Source: a virus (taxonomy: Duplodnaviria; Caudoviricetes). Taken from it: a stretch of 55,086 nucleotides of DNA. Where the stretch lies: positions 1 to 55,086 of the IMG/VR virus record IMGVR_UViG_3300031785_000003; one strand, written 5' to 3'. The translations under genes and the position numbers were made by a program. Below, piece after piece: positions 32,617 to 42,205 of the stretch. The notes beneath the pieces are model-generated. The model was not told the origin of the DNA. It saw only the letters and a program-made list of their open reading frames with translations, and searched no databases. How positions within the stretch are numbered: the stretch's first letter is position 1; the number at the start of each line of letters is the position of its first letter.

Positions 32617-35015
32617 GCTGTCCTCAATCCATATGGAGTTTCACCTATATGTATTGCCCGTATCCTTGCTGAACCTGAAACTCCTATTTCAAATGTATCA
32701 CTTCTATATCCGCTTGGCAATCTAAATACATCGTCAGAACTTACTGTCCCTTGAAATATTAACTGTTTGTCAACAAACAATTTAAAAGTAACTGGTAATA
32801 CTCCTGAAACTTCTAGTTGAAACTGCGTTTGTGCATCTGCATTTATTGCATATGAGTTTAATGTACCTGAATTTTCTACTCTATTTCCAGAATCCATATA
32901 ATCAGTTGGCCCGTTAACTGTACCAAGTTGTTCACTTTTAGCCCAGATTGCAGCATTGTTAGTAGGTACATTATTATTAAAATTTATAATATTTTCTGTT
33001 TCTGTAGCTGATGCATCAAAATCTGCAATAACTCTAGCAGCTCCAAGATTCATAAAATCTTTTGTAATAATAGCTTTTGACTTCCATTCTAATGGAGAAA
33101 GAACTTCATTTTTATTATCCCATTCATATAAATTACCTTGATTATCTCCTATATAATACATTACACCTGTTTGATAATCAGTGCATGCTGCAGTAAAAGT
33201 ATAGTTTATACTTACAAGAAGTCCTCCTACAGTATCATCTCTTTCAAATATAAACGAAGAAGCTGAATGAGAACCAAAATATTTACCATTGTAATAATGT
33301 CCAATAAGAGTAGCAGGGTCAAGAGCTGCATTCCAGGTATCCCAGTCGTGTACTAATTTAGTCGCAATGTCTGTACCTTGTGAAGGAGCATGACTAGCAA
33401 GCCCTCCGTGAGTAGCCCATAAAACAGCGTATCCCATATTAACTACAGATTTTTTAGAAAGACACGGATATAAACTATCAATACGAGCAGATGCCATAGT
33501 AGCAGGATCATTACCTGACACTTGATATGGATACTCTTTTGTAAGCACTAATATAAATCCTTGTATAGGTTCTATTGCTACAATGTCTGAATCAAAAGTC
33601 ATTCTAAATCGTTCAGGCCATGCATGTGGTTTATCAGGAAATGAAAAACATAACTGATTATCAAAAAATCCAACAAGTATATTGTTATGCGCTGCACGAA
33701 TACCTTTCATACCTGTAGGTGGTGGGTCGTTATCTTCAGAATCTAATATCCTAGATAAACCTGACACAAGAAAATTATCTGTAAAGTTAAAACTACTATC
33801 ACCCCAATATACTGCTGTTTGACTTAATGATTCAGCTACATCGTGAAACACAGTACCATTAGTATCAGCAGTTTCAGAAATAGCATTACCACTGTCAGTA
33901 AATGTAAACGAATACTTATCAACAATAGAAGCTACAGTAAATGTACCATTCATACTACCGCTATCTGTAGTCATACCAGATAGCTTAAATCTATCATCTA
34001 AAATAAAATTATGAGGGTGTGCTAAAGTTAAAGTAACTGTACTACCAACTCGTTTTACTTTAGTAGTAGTTGTTGGAAACCATAATGTCTTTAATAAAAA
34101 ATATTCTGTAGCTGCTGCAGAAACAACAGTTCTATATAACCTTACACCTCGCACAAAATTTTGAGTTGGTGAACTAGGTTTTTGTTGTGGTATGTTACTA
34201 ACTGTTACAGTTTGTCCTTCTTTAATATACACCTCAGCAGAGGGTAAAGATGGTATAGACTCTTCATCCCAAGGTGTAATCCATGTATAAACATATGTTC
34301 TAATCTGTGTGTTACCTGCCATATCAGCACGACCACTAGTGTTTGCTGTTTTTGCAACTTGGTCTCCAGGACTAAAATATGAAAAGTCAGTAGTGTTAAG
34401 AACAGTAATTTCTACATTAGTAGCATTAAAGGCTTTAGCTTCATCAGATGTACCAAAGTCTCTAACAGTAACAATATTACCTGAGCGTAAGTTGTGAGTT
34501 GTTGCTCCATAAAATGTTGCAGTATTACCACTATCCCTTTCATAGTGTGTAGCACTTACAACAGAAAATGATACTGCTGCAGTATTTAAAGTAGTTGTAG
34601 GTAAAGGTAATCCAAGGTCATAATATCCGTTTGTTACTGGATATGGAGCACTTCCATTAGTAGCTAAATCATAGTTAGATACTTTGGGTGTACCATCACC
34701 TGTGTAATAAAATCTTTGCTCAGTATCTTCTGTTGATGTAGTAGTTGTCCAAGGAGAAGAAGCAGTAGCAATATCTACATCATTAAGATAAGTAAGAAAC
34801 ACATTAGCATTGTTAGTAGGATTAGTAAGTTTATATAATGTTTGAATTGTACCTGTTCTTCCAATGTTTTCAACTAGCTTTGGAGTTCTATAAGGTATAA
34901 GGTCACCAGAATACAACTTAACATTATAAGCTGTTTGAGCTGCTCCATCAGGTAATAACTCCTCAGATATTTTTGGAGCTTCACCTAAAAATTTTAATAA
35001 CTTTACTGAACCCAT
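32613..35015 (-). CDS. Tail nozzle / tubular protein B-like stabilisation protein
   Basis: 800 aa beta-rich; F.GE.PK....LLP, CFS.P..PHAWP, WKSK; podovirus gene order. Confidence 0.75.
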   Translation of the reverse strand: MGSVKLLKFLGEAPKISEELLPDGAAQTAYNVKLYSGDLIPYRTPKLVENIGRTGTIQTLYKLTNPTNNANVFLTYLNDVDIATASSPWTTTTSTEDTEQRFYYTGDGTPKVSNYDLATNGSAPYPVTNGYYDLGLPLPTTTLNTAAVSFSVVSATHYERDSGNTATFYGATTHNLRSGNIVTVRDFGTSDEAKAFNATNVEITVLNTTDFSYFSPGDQVAKTANTSGRADMAGNTQIRTYVYTWITPWDEESIPSLPSAEVYIKEGQTVTVSNIPQQKPSSPTQNFVRGVRLYRTVVSAAATEYFLLKTLWFPTTTTKVKRVGSTVTLTLAHPHNFILDDRFKLSGMTTDSGSMNGTFTVASIVDKYSFTFTDSGNAISETADTNGTVFHDVAESLSQTAVYWGDSSFNFTDNFLVSGLSRILDSEDNDPPPTGMKGIRAAHNNILVGFFDNQLCFSFPDKPHAWPERFRMTFDSDIVAIEPIQGFILVLTKEYPYQVSGNDPATMASARIDSLYPCLSKKSVVNMGYAVLWATHGGLASHAPSQGTDIATKLVHDWDTWNAALDPATLIGHYYNGKYFGSHSASSFIFERDDTVGGLLVSINYTFTAACTDYQTGVMYYIGDNQGNLYEWDNKNEVLSPLEWKSKAIITKDFMNLGAARVIADFDASATETENIINFNNNVPTNNAAIWAKSEQLGTVNGPTDYMDSGNRVENSGTLNSYAINADAQTQFQLEVSGVLPVTFKLFVDKQLIFQGTVSSDDVFRLPSGYRSDTFEIGVSGSARIRAIHIGETPYGLRTA

Positions 35016-35530
35016 TAATCATCTACCATTTCTAAAGCAACTTCTGTTACATCATTATTTCTATTAGTCCAACCATTTCCAAATGTATCAAAAGTATCTA
35101 GGCTTTTATAAAAATCTTGTCTTACTTGTTTAAATTTTTCTACCATATATCTTTTGTTTTGTCCTTCTAATAACGCTAATGTTTTAGGGCCAATTATACC
35201 ATCAGGTTCTGCTCCACAACATTTTTGTAATCCTTTAGAACTTCTACTTACTCCGCTGTTTACTGCCCAATCAAAAACTATATAGTCTATACCAGAAGGT
35301 AAAAAATCACATCTAGCTTTTTCCCAATAATTTTCTAGGTATATTGGAGCAACATCTTCTGGTGTAAGTTTTTTCATATCTTCTTCAGTAACCTCGTGGC
35401 CTACCCAATCTTCATATACTTTTTTAGTAACTCCAAGATTAGTTATACCTCCGGGATCACTAGGATGATTTACATATCCCCCTTCATGTTTTAATAAAAG
35501 CTCTAATGCTTTATCAAAATTTTCTTTCAT
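35015..35530 (-). CDS. Endolysin, glycoside hydrolase family 108 with peptidoglycan-binding domain
   Basis: HEGGYVNHPSDPGGITNLGVT, FDWAVNSG, DGIIGPKT, FGNGWTNR. Confidence 0.95.
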   Translation of the reverse strand: MKENFDKALELLLKHEGGYVNHPSDPGGITNLGVTKKVYEDWVGHEVTEEDMKKLTPEDVAPIYLENYWEKARCDFLPSGIDYIVFDWAVNSGVSRSSKGLQKCCGAEPDGIIGPKTLALLEGQNKRYMVEKFKQVRQDFYKSLDTFDTFGNGWTNRNNDVTEVALEMVDD

Positions 35531-35907
35531 TTTTTAGTATCCGTTTTTTTGTATTTGTCAAAACTTCTCAATCCTGAAATTCCTAGCATACCGAATAAAA
35601 GCGGCATCATGACTGTCATGTCAGCCTGAGGAATTACAATACCAAACCCTGCCATAATTGGTGAAACCATATAGTTAATAGCAAGCGACAGCCCGCAAAT
35701 CCAACCAATTAGGGGGCGCCACGATGATTGAAACCAGTTACCTTTTGCTTCTGCTTTGTTAACTTCTATTTGTTGAAGGGCAAGTTGCTGGGCATGTTTC
35801 TCTGCCATAGTGGCTATGTCGTGGCTCAACTTTTGTTGTAAGTCTTTGTCTTTAACAAACTTACCAATTAACTTTGTTGCTGGGCCTATAAGTGCTGTTA
35901 GTGCCAT
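35527..35907 (-). CDS. Holin (3TM, GTA-holin-like)
   Basis: WRPLIGW, GMLGISGLRSFDK; adjacent to endolysin. Confidence 0.85.
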   Translation of the reverse strand: MALTALIGPATKLIGKFVKDKDLQQKLSHDIATMAEKHAQQLALQQIEVNKAEAKGNWFQSSWRPLIGWICGLSLAINYMVSPIMAGFGIVIPQADMTVMMPLLFGMLGISGLRSFDKYKKTDTKK

Positions 35908-36098
35908 ATGTCTATCCTTATATCTTCTGACTTAATCAGAATTGGTTTACAAAAACTTTTTACATTTTTAATTGTTTTATTCTGTACTTGAGCTGCAGTA
36001 CTTTCACAATCAGTTTTACTCATAAACAAAGTAGGATTGAATCTATCTTGTATCGGTTCATTGTTTAATAAAATAATTAACATATATACTTTTATCAT
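35898..36098 (-). CDS. Hypothetical protein
   Basis: 66 aa, hydrophobic N-terminus, two Cys, coupled to neighbours. Confidence 0.7.
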   Translation of the reverse strand: MIKVYMLIILLNNEPIQDRFNPTLFMSKTDCESTAAQVQNKTIKNVKSFCKPILIKSEDIRIDIWH

Positions 36099-36400
36099 TT
36101 TTTTCTGTTGTTCATAATAGCTGCACTTCCCATGTATGCTCCAACTATACCTGCACCACTAATATACATAAGATTACTAATATCAGCTAGTGCATTTACT
36201 CTTTCAATATCTACTATAAACATAGCTATTGTAAACAAACCCATACCAACAAGTGAAGCTGTAGCCATTCTGCGCTGTGCTCTTTGCTTTCTTAAATCAT
36301 GTTGTAGCTCAGCTGCATGCATTTCTTCATCACTTACAACACCATCTTTATTTATATCTAATTCATTATACATTGATTTTTTCTGTAGTTTTTTCTGCAT
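36095..36400 (-). CDS. Membrane protein with EF-hand-like loop
   Basis: Start MQKKL (TAATG coupling); DINKDGVVSDEE then two TM helices. Confidence 0.75.
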   Translation of the reverse strand: MQKKLQKKSMYNELDINKDGVVSDEEMHAAELQHDLRKQRAQRRMATASLVGMGLFTIAMFIVDIERVNALADISNLMYISGAGIVGAYMGSAAIMNNRKK

Positions 36401-36897
36401 TAATTTAAACTCATTATATATTTTATATAATAATCTCCAGCCACAGTTAGTAAATATTTTATGTAATAGTAGCCAGCAAATCCTACGGCTATTGCTAAAC
36501 AGATACAAATAGTTATTTGTTGTTGTAATCTTTTTCTTTTTATTTCTTCTTCAACTGCATCCATTTGTATTTTTCTTTGTCTAGCTATCTCTGCTTGTAA
36601 TCTTTCCCATTGTCCTGGAGAACCATATAACATAAACAATTCTCTTAATTCTTTTCTAGCTTGAGCAACTTCTTCTTTTTTAAAAAATTCATCTATTGCG
36701 TTGGCTTCTACTCCACCAAACTTAGAAAAGAAAGAATTCTTTTTTGCTTTTGCACCTGCTTGTAATTGAGCTTCTGCTTTTGCATATTTAGCTATAGGGC
36801 CACTCAATGATGCTATATCTCTACCACTTTTAATAGCAGATGATATTGCTCCGCTAGCTGCAGATATTGCTGCAAATGCTGACATAGGGTCAATCAT
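36400..36897 (-). CDS. Coiled-coil protein with C-terminal TM helix
   Basis: MIDPMSAFAA...; ITICICLAIAVGFAGYYYI. Confidence 0.8.
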   Translation of the reverse strand: MIDPMSAFAAISAASGAISSAIKSGRDIASLSGPIAKYAKAEAQLQAGAKAKKNSFFSKFGGVEANAIDEFFKKEEVAQARKELRELFMLYGSPGQWERLQAEIARQRKIQMDAVEEEIKRKRLQQQITICICLAIAVGFAGYYYIKYLLTVAGDYYIKYIMSLN

Positions 36898-36901
36898 TTA
36901 C

Positions 36902-37111
36902 TTATCCCATTTTATTTTTCTTTGATTTTTTAATCTCATCTTGTAATGCTTTTGGTAATGTTTTTTGAGCTTTAGTTAAGATACCACCGTTACCAAATTT
37001 TGGTACTAGCCCACCATTTTTATACATAGCTACATTTTTCTTTTTCTTTATTTCACCACCATAACCATACATTTTCTTTTTCTTTTTGTCTTTCATCATA
37101 TAACCTGGCAT
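36902..37111 (-). CDS. Small Lys-rich protein with three [YF]xxGG motifs
   Basis: AAGGAGG SD; YGYGGEI, YKNGGLV, FGNGGIL. Confidence 0.85.
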   Translation of the reverse strand: MPGYMMKDKKKKKMYGYGGEIKKKKNVAMYKNGGLVPKFGNGGILTKAQKTLPKALQDEIKKSKKNKMG

Positions 37112-37122
37112 ATAATCCTCCT

Positions 37123-37305
37123 TTAGTTTAATAAGGTTAATATTATTGATACTAATCCTGCAATCACAGCTGCAGCTGAACCAACCATAATTCGTTCAAG
37201 CCTAGAAATTCTAGATAAAATCATTTTATAACGCTCCGCACATATTGCTTCGTGTTGTAAAAGTTTATTATCTATTTCAGTTGTAGTCATACGTTTATTA
37301 CTCAT
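37123..37305 (-). CDS. Small protein with coiled coil and C-terminal TM helix
   Basis: HEAICAERY...RLE...hydrophobic tail. Confidence 0.8.
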   Translation of the reverse strand: MSNKRMTTTEIDNKLLQHEAICAERYKMILSRISRLERIMVGSAAAVIAGLVSIILTLLN

Positions 37306-37465
37306 CTTCACCTTTCACCGCTGCTGTTTGGTCTTCAACGACTGGCGGTTTTTCATAAAGAGGTGGTTCATCAACAACCACTCCTTCGCTTACAAATTCA
37401 TCACCTCGCATAAATCTACCATCAGGCATCATAACAAGAGGTGTTCTTTTAATTTCTTTTTGCAT
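37298..37465 (-). CDS. Small acidic protein (55 aa; not in ORF track)
   Basis: GGAG SD; MQKEIKRTPLVMMPDGRF...KGEDE fills the gap between neighbours. Confidence 0.7.
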   Translation of the reverse strand: MQKEIKRTPLVMMPDGRFMRGDEFVSEGVVVDEPPLYEKPPVVEDQTAAVKGEDE

Positions 37466-37467
37466 AC

Positions 37468-37800
37468 TTACTCCGGTTTAGTTGGCATTGTAACTTTATT
37501 AACTTTGTCAACTGTGTCTAAACCTTTGGTTATATCTCTTAAGTTTTGTCTATAAGTTTTCATATCGTCAGACATAGTAACATCTGATAAAGCACACCAG
37601 TCAGTTGCAGCTAACAATTCATTTCTTATGTTTCTTAAAGAGTCAAGTGCTAATTCTAATTCCACTGCTGAAAATTGTGCTTCAATGTCAGATTTTGATA
37701 TAGGTTTTGTACCATTTACCCATTCTATATTATCTATATCTCCTCCATTTATAGTAAACTCTGCTTTTGGGTTTATTTTTAATATTGCTCGTTCTATCAT
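37468..37800 (-). CDS. Tail fibre assembly chaperone
   Basis: LRNIRNELLAATDW, YRQNLRDIT, terminal PTKP; start MIERA behind GGAG. Confidence 0.85.
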   Translation of the reverse strand: MIERAILKINPKAEFTINGGDIDNIEWVNGTKPISKSDIEAQFSAVELELALDSLRNIRNELLAATDWCALSDVTMSDDMKTYRQNLRDITKGLDTVDKVNKVTMPTKPE

Positions 37801-38933
37801 TATGCTCCTATCTCCATACAAGTTAAAGTTGATATACCTCTAGGTGTGTTTGCATTGTTATTGCTTGAATCATCTGCATGTCTATTTATAAAAATAGTGC
37901 TACTTCTTGCTTTTACTTTTACAGTATAAGTTTGTTGAGATGTTGAATTAGGTAAATCTATTAAATGATAACAAAGTGCTTCTATATGACCAAAAGTTCT
38001 AAATCCATGTTGTGATAATGTTCCTGTTCTACTTCCTTGACCAGTAATTAAATCATCAACAATATTTGTTGACCCTCTAAAAAGATTTACTCTGTTATGG
38101 CTATTCACACCATTTGAGTCCGTATAATGGCCCAGACAAGCTGTTAAATTTAAAAGAACAAAAATTTTACTTGAAGTTGCTGACGGAGTTATATTTAACG
38201 TTAATCCTGTAACTGTTGTATCTGAAGTACTTGATGTAGAAAAAGTATCATTTTTTTGAACAGTTACTACTTGTAATACTTTACCACCACCAGCTGCGTC
38301 AAAACTTAAATTACCAGAGCCATCTGTTTTTAAAAACTGATTAGCACTTCCGTCTGCTGCAGGAAAAGTTAAATTGTCAATAGTAACTTGACCAGAACCT
38401 TTTGGTTGTATTGACACACCAATGTTAGTATCACCTCCAGATGCAGTAAGTGTTGGTTTATTTCCTGTAGCTGCATTTGCATATGTTAGTTCATTAACAG
38501 CAGAACCTGTAGCTGTAAGTTTAAATAATTCATTACCATTTGTATCTAGAATAGCTGTACCTATTTTAGGAGAGGTTATAGTTTTGTTTGTTAAAGTTTC
38601 TGTACCAGTAAGAGTAACATCTCCTGCTGCATCTATTATTGATTCAAACAAAGCAGCTACAGGTCTAAGCTCAAATCTGTCTCCAGTTGAAAAAGACCTA
38701 GCTGTAGTATTATCATGTCCTCGTACTACTGTCATAGAATCATTAGAACGAGCTGTAACTTTTACAATTTCAAGATTATTTGATGTATCAATGATAGTAG
38801 CAAAAAAGAAATCACTACCTGTAAGAGTTGGAAATTTAGCTCCTTGCCCAGCATCAAGAGCAATAGTAGTAACGGAACTATTAATACCAGCTGAAAGAGT
38901 TCCGAATGCGTTATTAGTTACTTTAACTCCCAT
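37800..38933 (-). CDS. Tail fibre protein B
   Basis: Anchor domain, TLTNKT, FPAADG...Q.LKTDGSGNLSF, GKVLQV...MEIGA C-terminal domain. Confidence 0.85.
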   Translation of the reverse strand: MGVKVTNNAFGTLSAGINSSVTTIALDAGQGAKFPTLTGSDFFFATIIDTSNNLEIVKVTARSNDSMTVVRGHDNTTARSFSTGDRFELRPVAALFESIIDAAGDVTLTGTETLTNKTITSPKIGTAILDTNGNELFKLTATGSAVNELTYANAATGNKPTLTASGGDTNIGVSIQPKGSGQVTIDNLTFPAADGSANQFLKTDGSGNLSFDAAGGGKVLQVVTVQKNDTFSTSSTSDTTVTGLTLNITPSATSSKIFVLLNLTACLGHYTDSNGVNSHNRVNLFRGSTNIVDDLITGQGSRTGTLSQHGFRTFGHIEALCYHLIDLPNSTSQQTYTVKVKARSSTIFINRHADDSSNNNANTPRGISTLTCMEIGA

Positions 38934-38948
38934 ATTTTACTCCTTGTT

Positions 38949-39584
38949 TTATCTAATATAGTTTTGAACCGTGCTATCACTAGTCCACCTATTTATTCTA
39001 TTTATAGTTTTTACTGAGCCATCGCTATTTAATTCATCTGTATACAATGTTTTAAACGCAGCCATATCTTTAGCGTTAGTAATTGCTGTTTCTATCGCAG
39101 CACAATCTGTTCGTATGCTTTCAACATATTTTTTTACTGCATCAGGAATTGCTTTACTACTATCATAAATACTGCGTTCTACTAACCAATTAAATCTAGC
39201 TATATAATTATTAGCAGTTATTTTACATTGATTTTTAGCTATTGTTTTCAGACCATAATTAATTACCTTGTTACCATCATCGTCTAATATATTTTTACCA
39301 TCACTATCTTTAGCTTCAGCATCATCTAATGCTTTATCAGTAGTAGTGTATTTTGTAGTAACTTTTTTATTAGCTTTGCTAAATGTGTATGTAGGTTGAC
39401 TTGTTATTTCAAACCTATCATCACCTTTTGTTCCTGCCTCTACAGTATAAATACCTATGGTATTTAATTCTGACCAAGTCCAAGATGTAAATATTCTTCG
39501 AGAATGTCTAACATCATCTATAACCATATCTTTGGGTCTAGCAATTATCTCCTCTATTTTATTATCTTTTATATATGCCCACAT
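38949..39584 (-). CDS. Tail-fibre-associated protein
   Basis: 211 aa, AAGGAGGTG SD, follows the lectin-like fibre genes. Confidence 0.75.
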   Translation of the reverse strand: MWAYIKDNKIEEIIARPKDMVIDDVRHSRRIFTSWTWSELNTIGIYTVEAGTKGDDRFEITSQPTYTFSKANKKVTTKYTTTDKALDDAEAKDSDGKNILDDDGNKVINYGLKTIAKNQCKITANNYIARFNWLVERSIYDSSKAIPDAVKKYVESIRTDCAAIETAITNAKDMAAFKTLYTDELNSDGSVKTINRINRWTSDSTVQNYIR

Positions 39585-39596
39585 ATTATCACCTCC

Positions 39597-41372
39597 TTAA
39601 AAAGCGTTGCTATATTTTGCTGGTACATCTGCCCATGCAGCATAAATTATTGTAGTTCCACTTGGATTTTGACTAGCACTTGTACTACGCATCTTGAATC
39701 CGTTACTTAAAAAATCAACCAAATTACTTCCAGTTTGTGCAGCACTGTCATTCCATTGTAAAAAATTACCCATTACATTGTGAGGACTTCTAGCTGAATC
39801 ATATACAAATAAACTATCAGTGCCTGTATATCTTCGTATCATTATCATTTTGGGCTTGAACCCAGTATAGATAAAAGTCCCATCAGCATTTCCGTTGCCA
39901 ACATAAGAACCGAACTTACTGAACCCTGGAATTGAAGTCCACGCCATAAACAAAAAGGTATGACCATTAGTATTTAAGCCATCAGTATAATTAGTATCAA
40001 AAGTAGTTGCATTAGGTGCTGACATATTACCATTATGAGATTTACTTGTTTCTGCTCCTGTTGTTTCAACTTGTAAAACGTGATCTTCACTAGACAAAGA
40101 AACGTGTCTTAAAATTCTTTGACTGTTACCATCAGACCTAAAACTTATTATCATCTCTGGTGCTTTACCCAAACCATGTCCTACTGTAGCTGTGCCTGAA
40201 CCAGATAAATTTCCTGTATAAGTTCCTGTGCTAAAACCTATATCAGCATTTACTTGTATTGTTGAAGTTCTATCTCCATCATTGTTGGTTGTGGTAGTTG
40301 CACCTTTAGCTCTCCAACACCACGCAACATAAGTTCTTCCGTTATCGTTAGGCCCACTTCCGCTTGAGCCCAAAGTAAAACCATCAGTATCAAAACTTGA
40401 AATCATAGGATTATTATTGCCTTGTGCCGTATCACTAATACGAGAAGTTGTATCCATCTGAAACATATATGGAGTAGGTGTTGGACTTCTACTATTTAAA
40501 ACTTGTGAATGAAATACTTGATTGTTTTGTGAATGACTACTACACTTTGCCCAGATGACATCAGGCTTGAATCCTAATCCTGTTATTGCTTGTCCTGTTG
40601 TTGAATTACCTGTGTAAGTTACAATACCAAATTGCTTGCCCCCAACATAATCGTCATTAGTTTGTGCTGGGTCAATATCAGAATCAATAAATAAGTTTTT
40701 GGTATTTAACGCAAGAAAGCCAGCAGGAACGGAGTAATAAAAATTTCCGTCACCGTTCTCATCTGTATTATTTTGAGCAGTCAAAGTTCCAGAAAAATCT
40801 CCATTTTGTCCAAAATTCATAATACATCTGCCAGTATTAGTTGACCTATTATGTAAAACTCCTATAGGTGCACCTGCATAAGTTGATATAGTGCCAGATG
40901 GATTAGTGCCATTAGCTGGATCACCTACTCCACTACCTACATTAAAAAATTCTTGAGAACCTCCTAGCCATACTTTTCCATTACTACAATCCCAAGCCAT
41001 TCTTAAAACTTCATTACCAGAAATTCCAGGAGCTGAAGAATAATTTCCGCCAATATTTACTTGTGTGTTACCTTGAAGTATATAAGTATAATAATAAATT
41101 ATTGCATTATTATGTTTAGTTGTATTAATAGCTAAAGAATCATAATTACCAATACCACAAACTGTTGAACCTCCACCAGAGCTACCATAATTAACAAACT
41201 CTGCATAATATTTACCTGTGCTTCCACCAAATCCTGCTAAAGTCATTCTTGACCAAACACTACTAGACCAAAAACTTCCTGATTCTACTTCTAAATTTCC
41301 ATTTACATGAGTTAAACTTTGCCCTGTATTTACTAAAGGATTAAAAGTTGGATAATTTCCACTACTTGTCAT
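39597..41372 (-). CDS. Tail fibre / receptor-binding protein (SPRY/ConA-like plus repeated YTGN modules)
   Basis: GKYYAEF, NFGQ, YTGN..T...ITGLGFKPD, HGLGKAP, FSKFGSYVGNG. Confidence 0.85.
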   Translation of the reverse strand: MTSSGNYPTFNPLVNTGQSLTHVNGNLEVESGSFWSSSVWSRMTLAGFGGSTGKYYAEFVNYGSSGGGSTVCGIGNYDSLAINTTKHNNAIIYYYTYILQGNTQVNIGGNYSSAPGISGNEVLRMAWDCSNGKVWLGGSQEFFNVGSGVGDPANGTNPSGTISTYAGAPIGVLHNRSTNTGRCIMNFGQNGDFSGTLTAQNNTDENGDGNFYYSVPAGFLALNTKNLFIDSDIDPAQTNDDYVGGKQFGIVTYTGNSTTGQAITGLGFKPDVIWAKCSSHSQNNQVFHSQVLNSRSPTPTPYMFQMDTTSRISDTAQGNNNPMISSFDTDGFTLGSSGSGPNDNGRTYVAWCWRAKGATTTTNNDGDRTSTIQVNADIGFSTGTYTGNLSGSGTATVGHGLGKAPEMIISFRSDGNSQRILRHVSLSSEDHVLQVETTGAETSKSHNGNMSAPNATTFDTNYTDGLNTNGHTFLFMAWTSIPGFSKFGSYVGNGNADGTFIYTGFKPKMIMIRRYTGTDSLFVYDSARSPHNVMGNFLQWNDSAAQTGSNLVDFLSNGFKMRSTSASQNPSGTTIIYAAWADVPAKYSNAF

Positions 41373-41374
41373 AA

Positions 41375-42193
41375 TTAACTCCCAAATGTTGGACTATCAA
41401 TAACTTGATGGTCTGCGCCGAGTCCGTTAATTGTATTAAAATCATTATTGTTGCCACTCGAATCATTTCCAAAATTGCTTGTATCTTCAAACTTTAAATG
41501 AAAACCATTATTTCCAAAAGCTGTACCACTTGGGTCTTTTGGAATCCACACACCATTTTTTGTTTCGCCAAACTGTGTAGGAGCATATGCTGTTCCATCA
41601 ACCCAAATCCATTCTGCAAAATACATATCTGTTCCATTAACTGCATGACCAGCTGGTTCTTTTGCACCTATAATAAAATTAGTTGTGTTCCAATGAATTA
41701 AATCTTCATTTAAACCAACATTACTTGTAGTAAAACCACTAATTTGAGTGCCATTTACATAAAAAATAAGTCTATCAGATTGTGTACTTTGTGTAGAATC
41801 AAATTTTATAACCATATGATACCAAGCTGTGGGGTCACGATATACTCCATCTGAACGACCAGCATCTAAATTGTGCATATTTGCTGCACTTAGTTTCATA
41901 TTATTAGGATCATTCTGTTGAGTTTCAAAAAACATATATCCTCCAGCACCACCACTTGTACCAGCTGCAAAATGTACATGCATTGCTGTATTATTATGTG
42001 ATAAATCTCCATGCATTTTAAACCAATAACTCCAAGTTCCTTTTTTTAAACTTGTAGGTGTACCTAATGATGATTTAAAAAGGTAAGAATTCTCAGATTC
42101 AGTAAATCTACAACTTTGTTCGATTTGATAAGGATAAAATCCACTACCAGAACTACTTCCTGGATTTTGAAAAAATTCACCTTGTAACGGCAT
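41375..42193 (-). CDS. LamG/concanavalin-A-like tail protein
   Basis: RDPTAWYH, YVNG, FG.NGFHLKF...DSSGNNN. Confidence 0.85.
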   Translation of the reverse strand: MPLQGEFFQNPGSSSGSGFYPYQIEQSCRFTESENSYLFKSSLGTPTSLKKGTWSYWFKMHGDLSHNNTAMHVHFAAGTSGGAGGYMFFETQQNDPNNMKLSAANMHNLDAGRSDGVYRDPTAWYHMVIKFDSTQSTQSDRLIFYVNGTQISGFTTSNVGLNEDLIHWNTTNFIIGAKEPAGHAVNGTDMYFAEWIWVDGTAYAPTQFGETKNGVWIPKDPSGTAFGNNGFHLKFEDTSNFGNDSSGNNNDFNTINGLGADHQVIDSPTFGS

Positions 42194-42205
42194 TACTTAT
42201 GTCTC

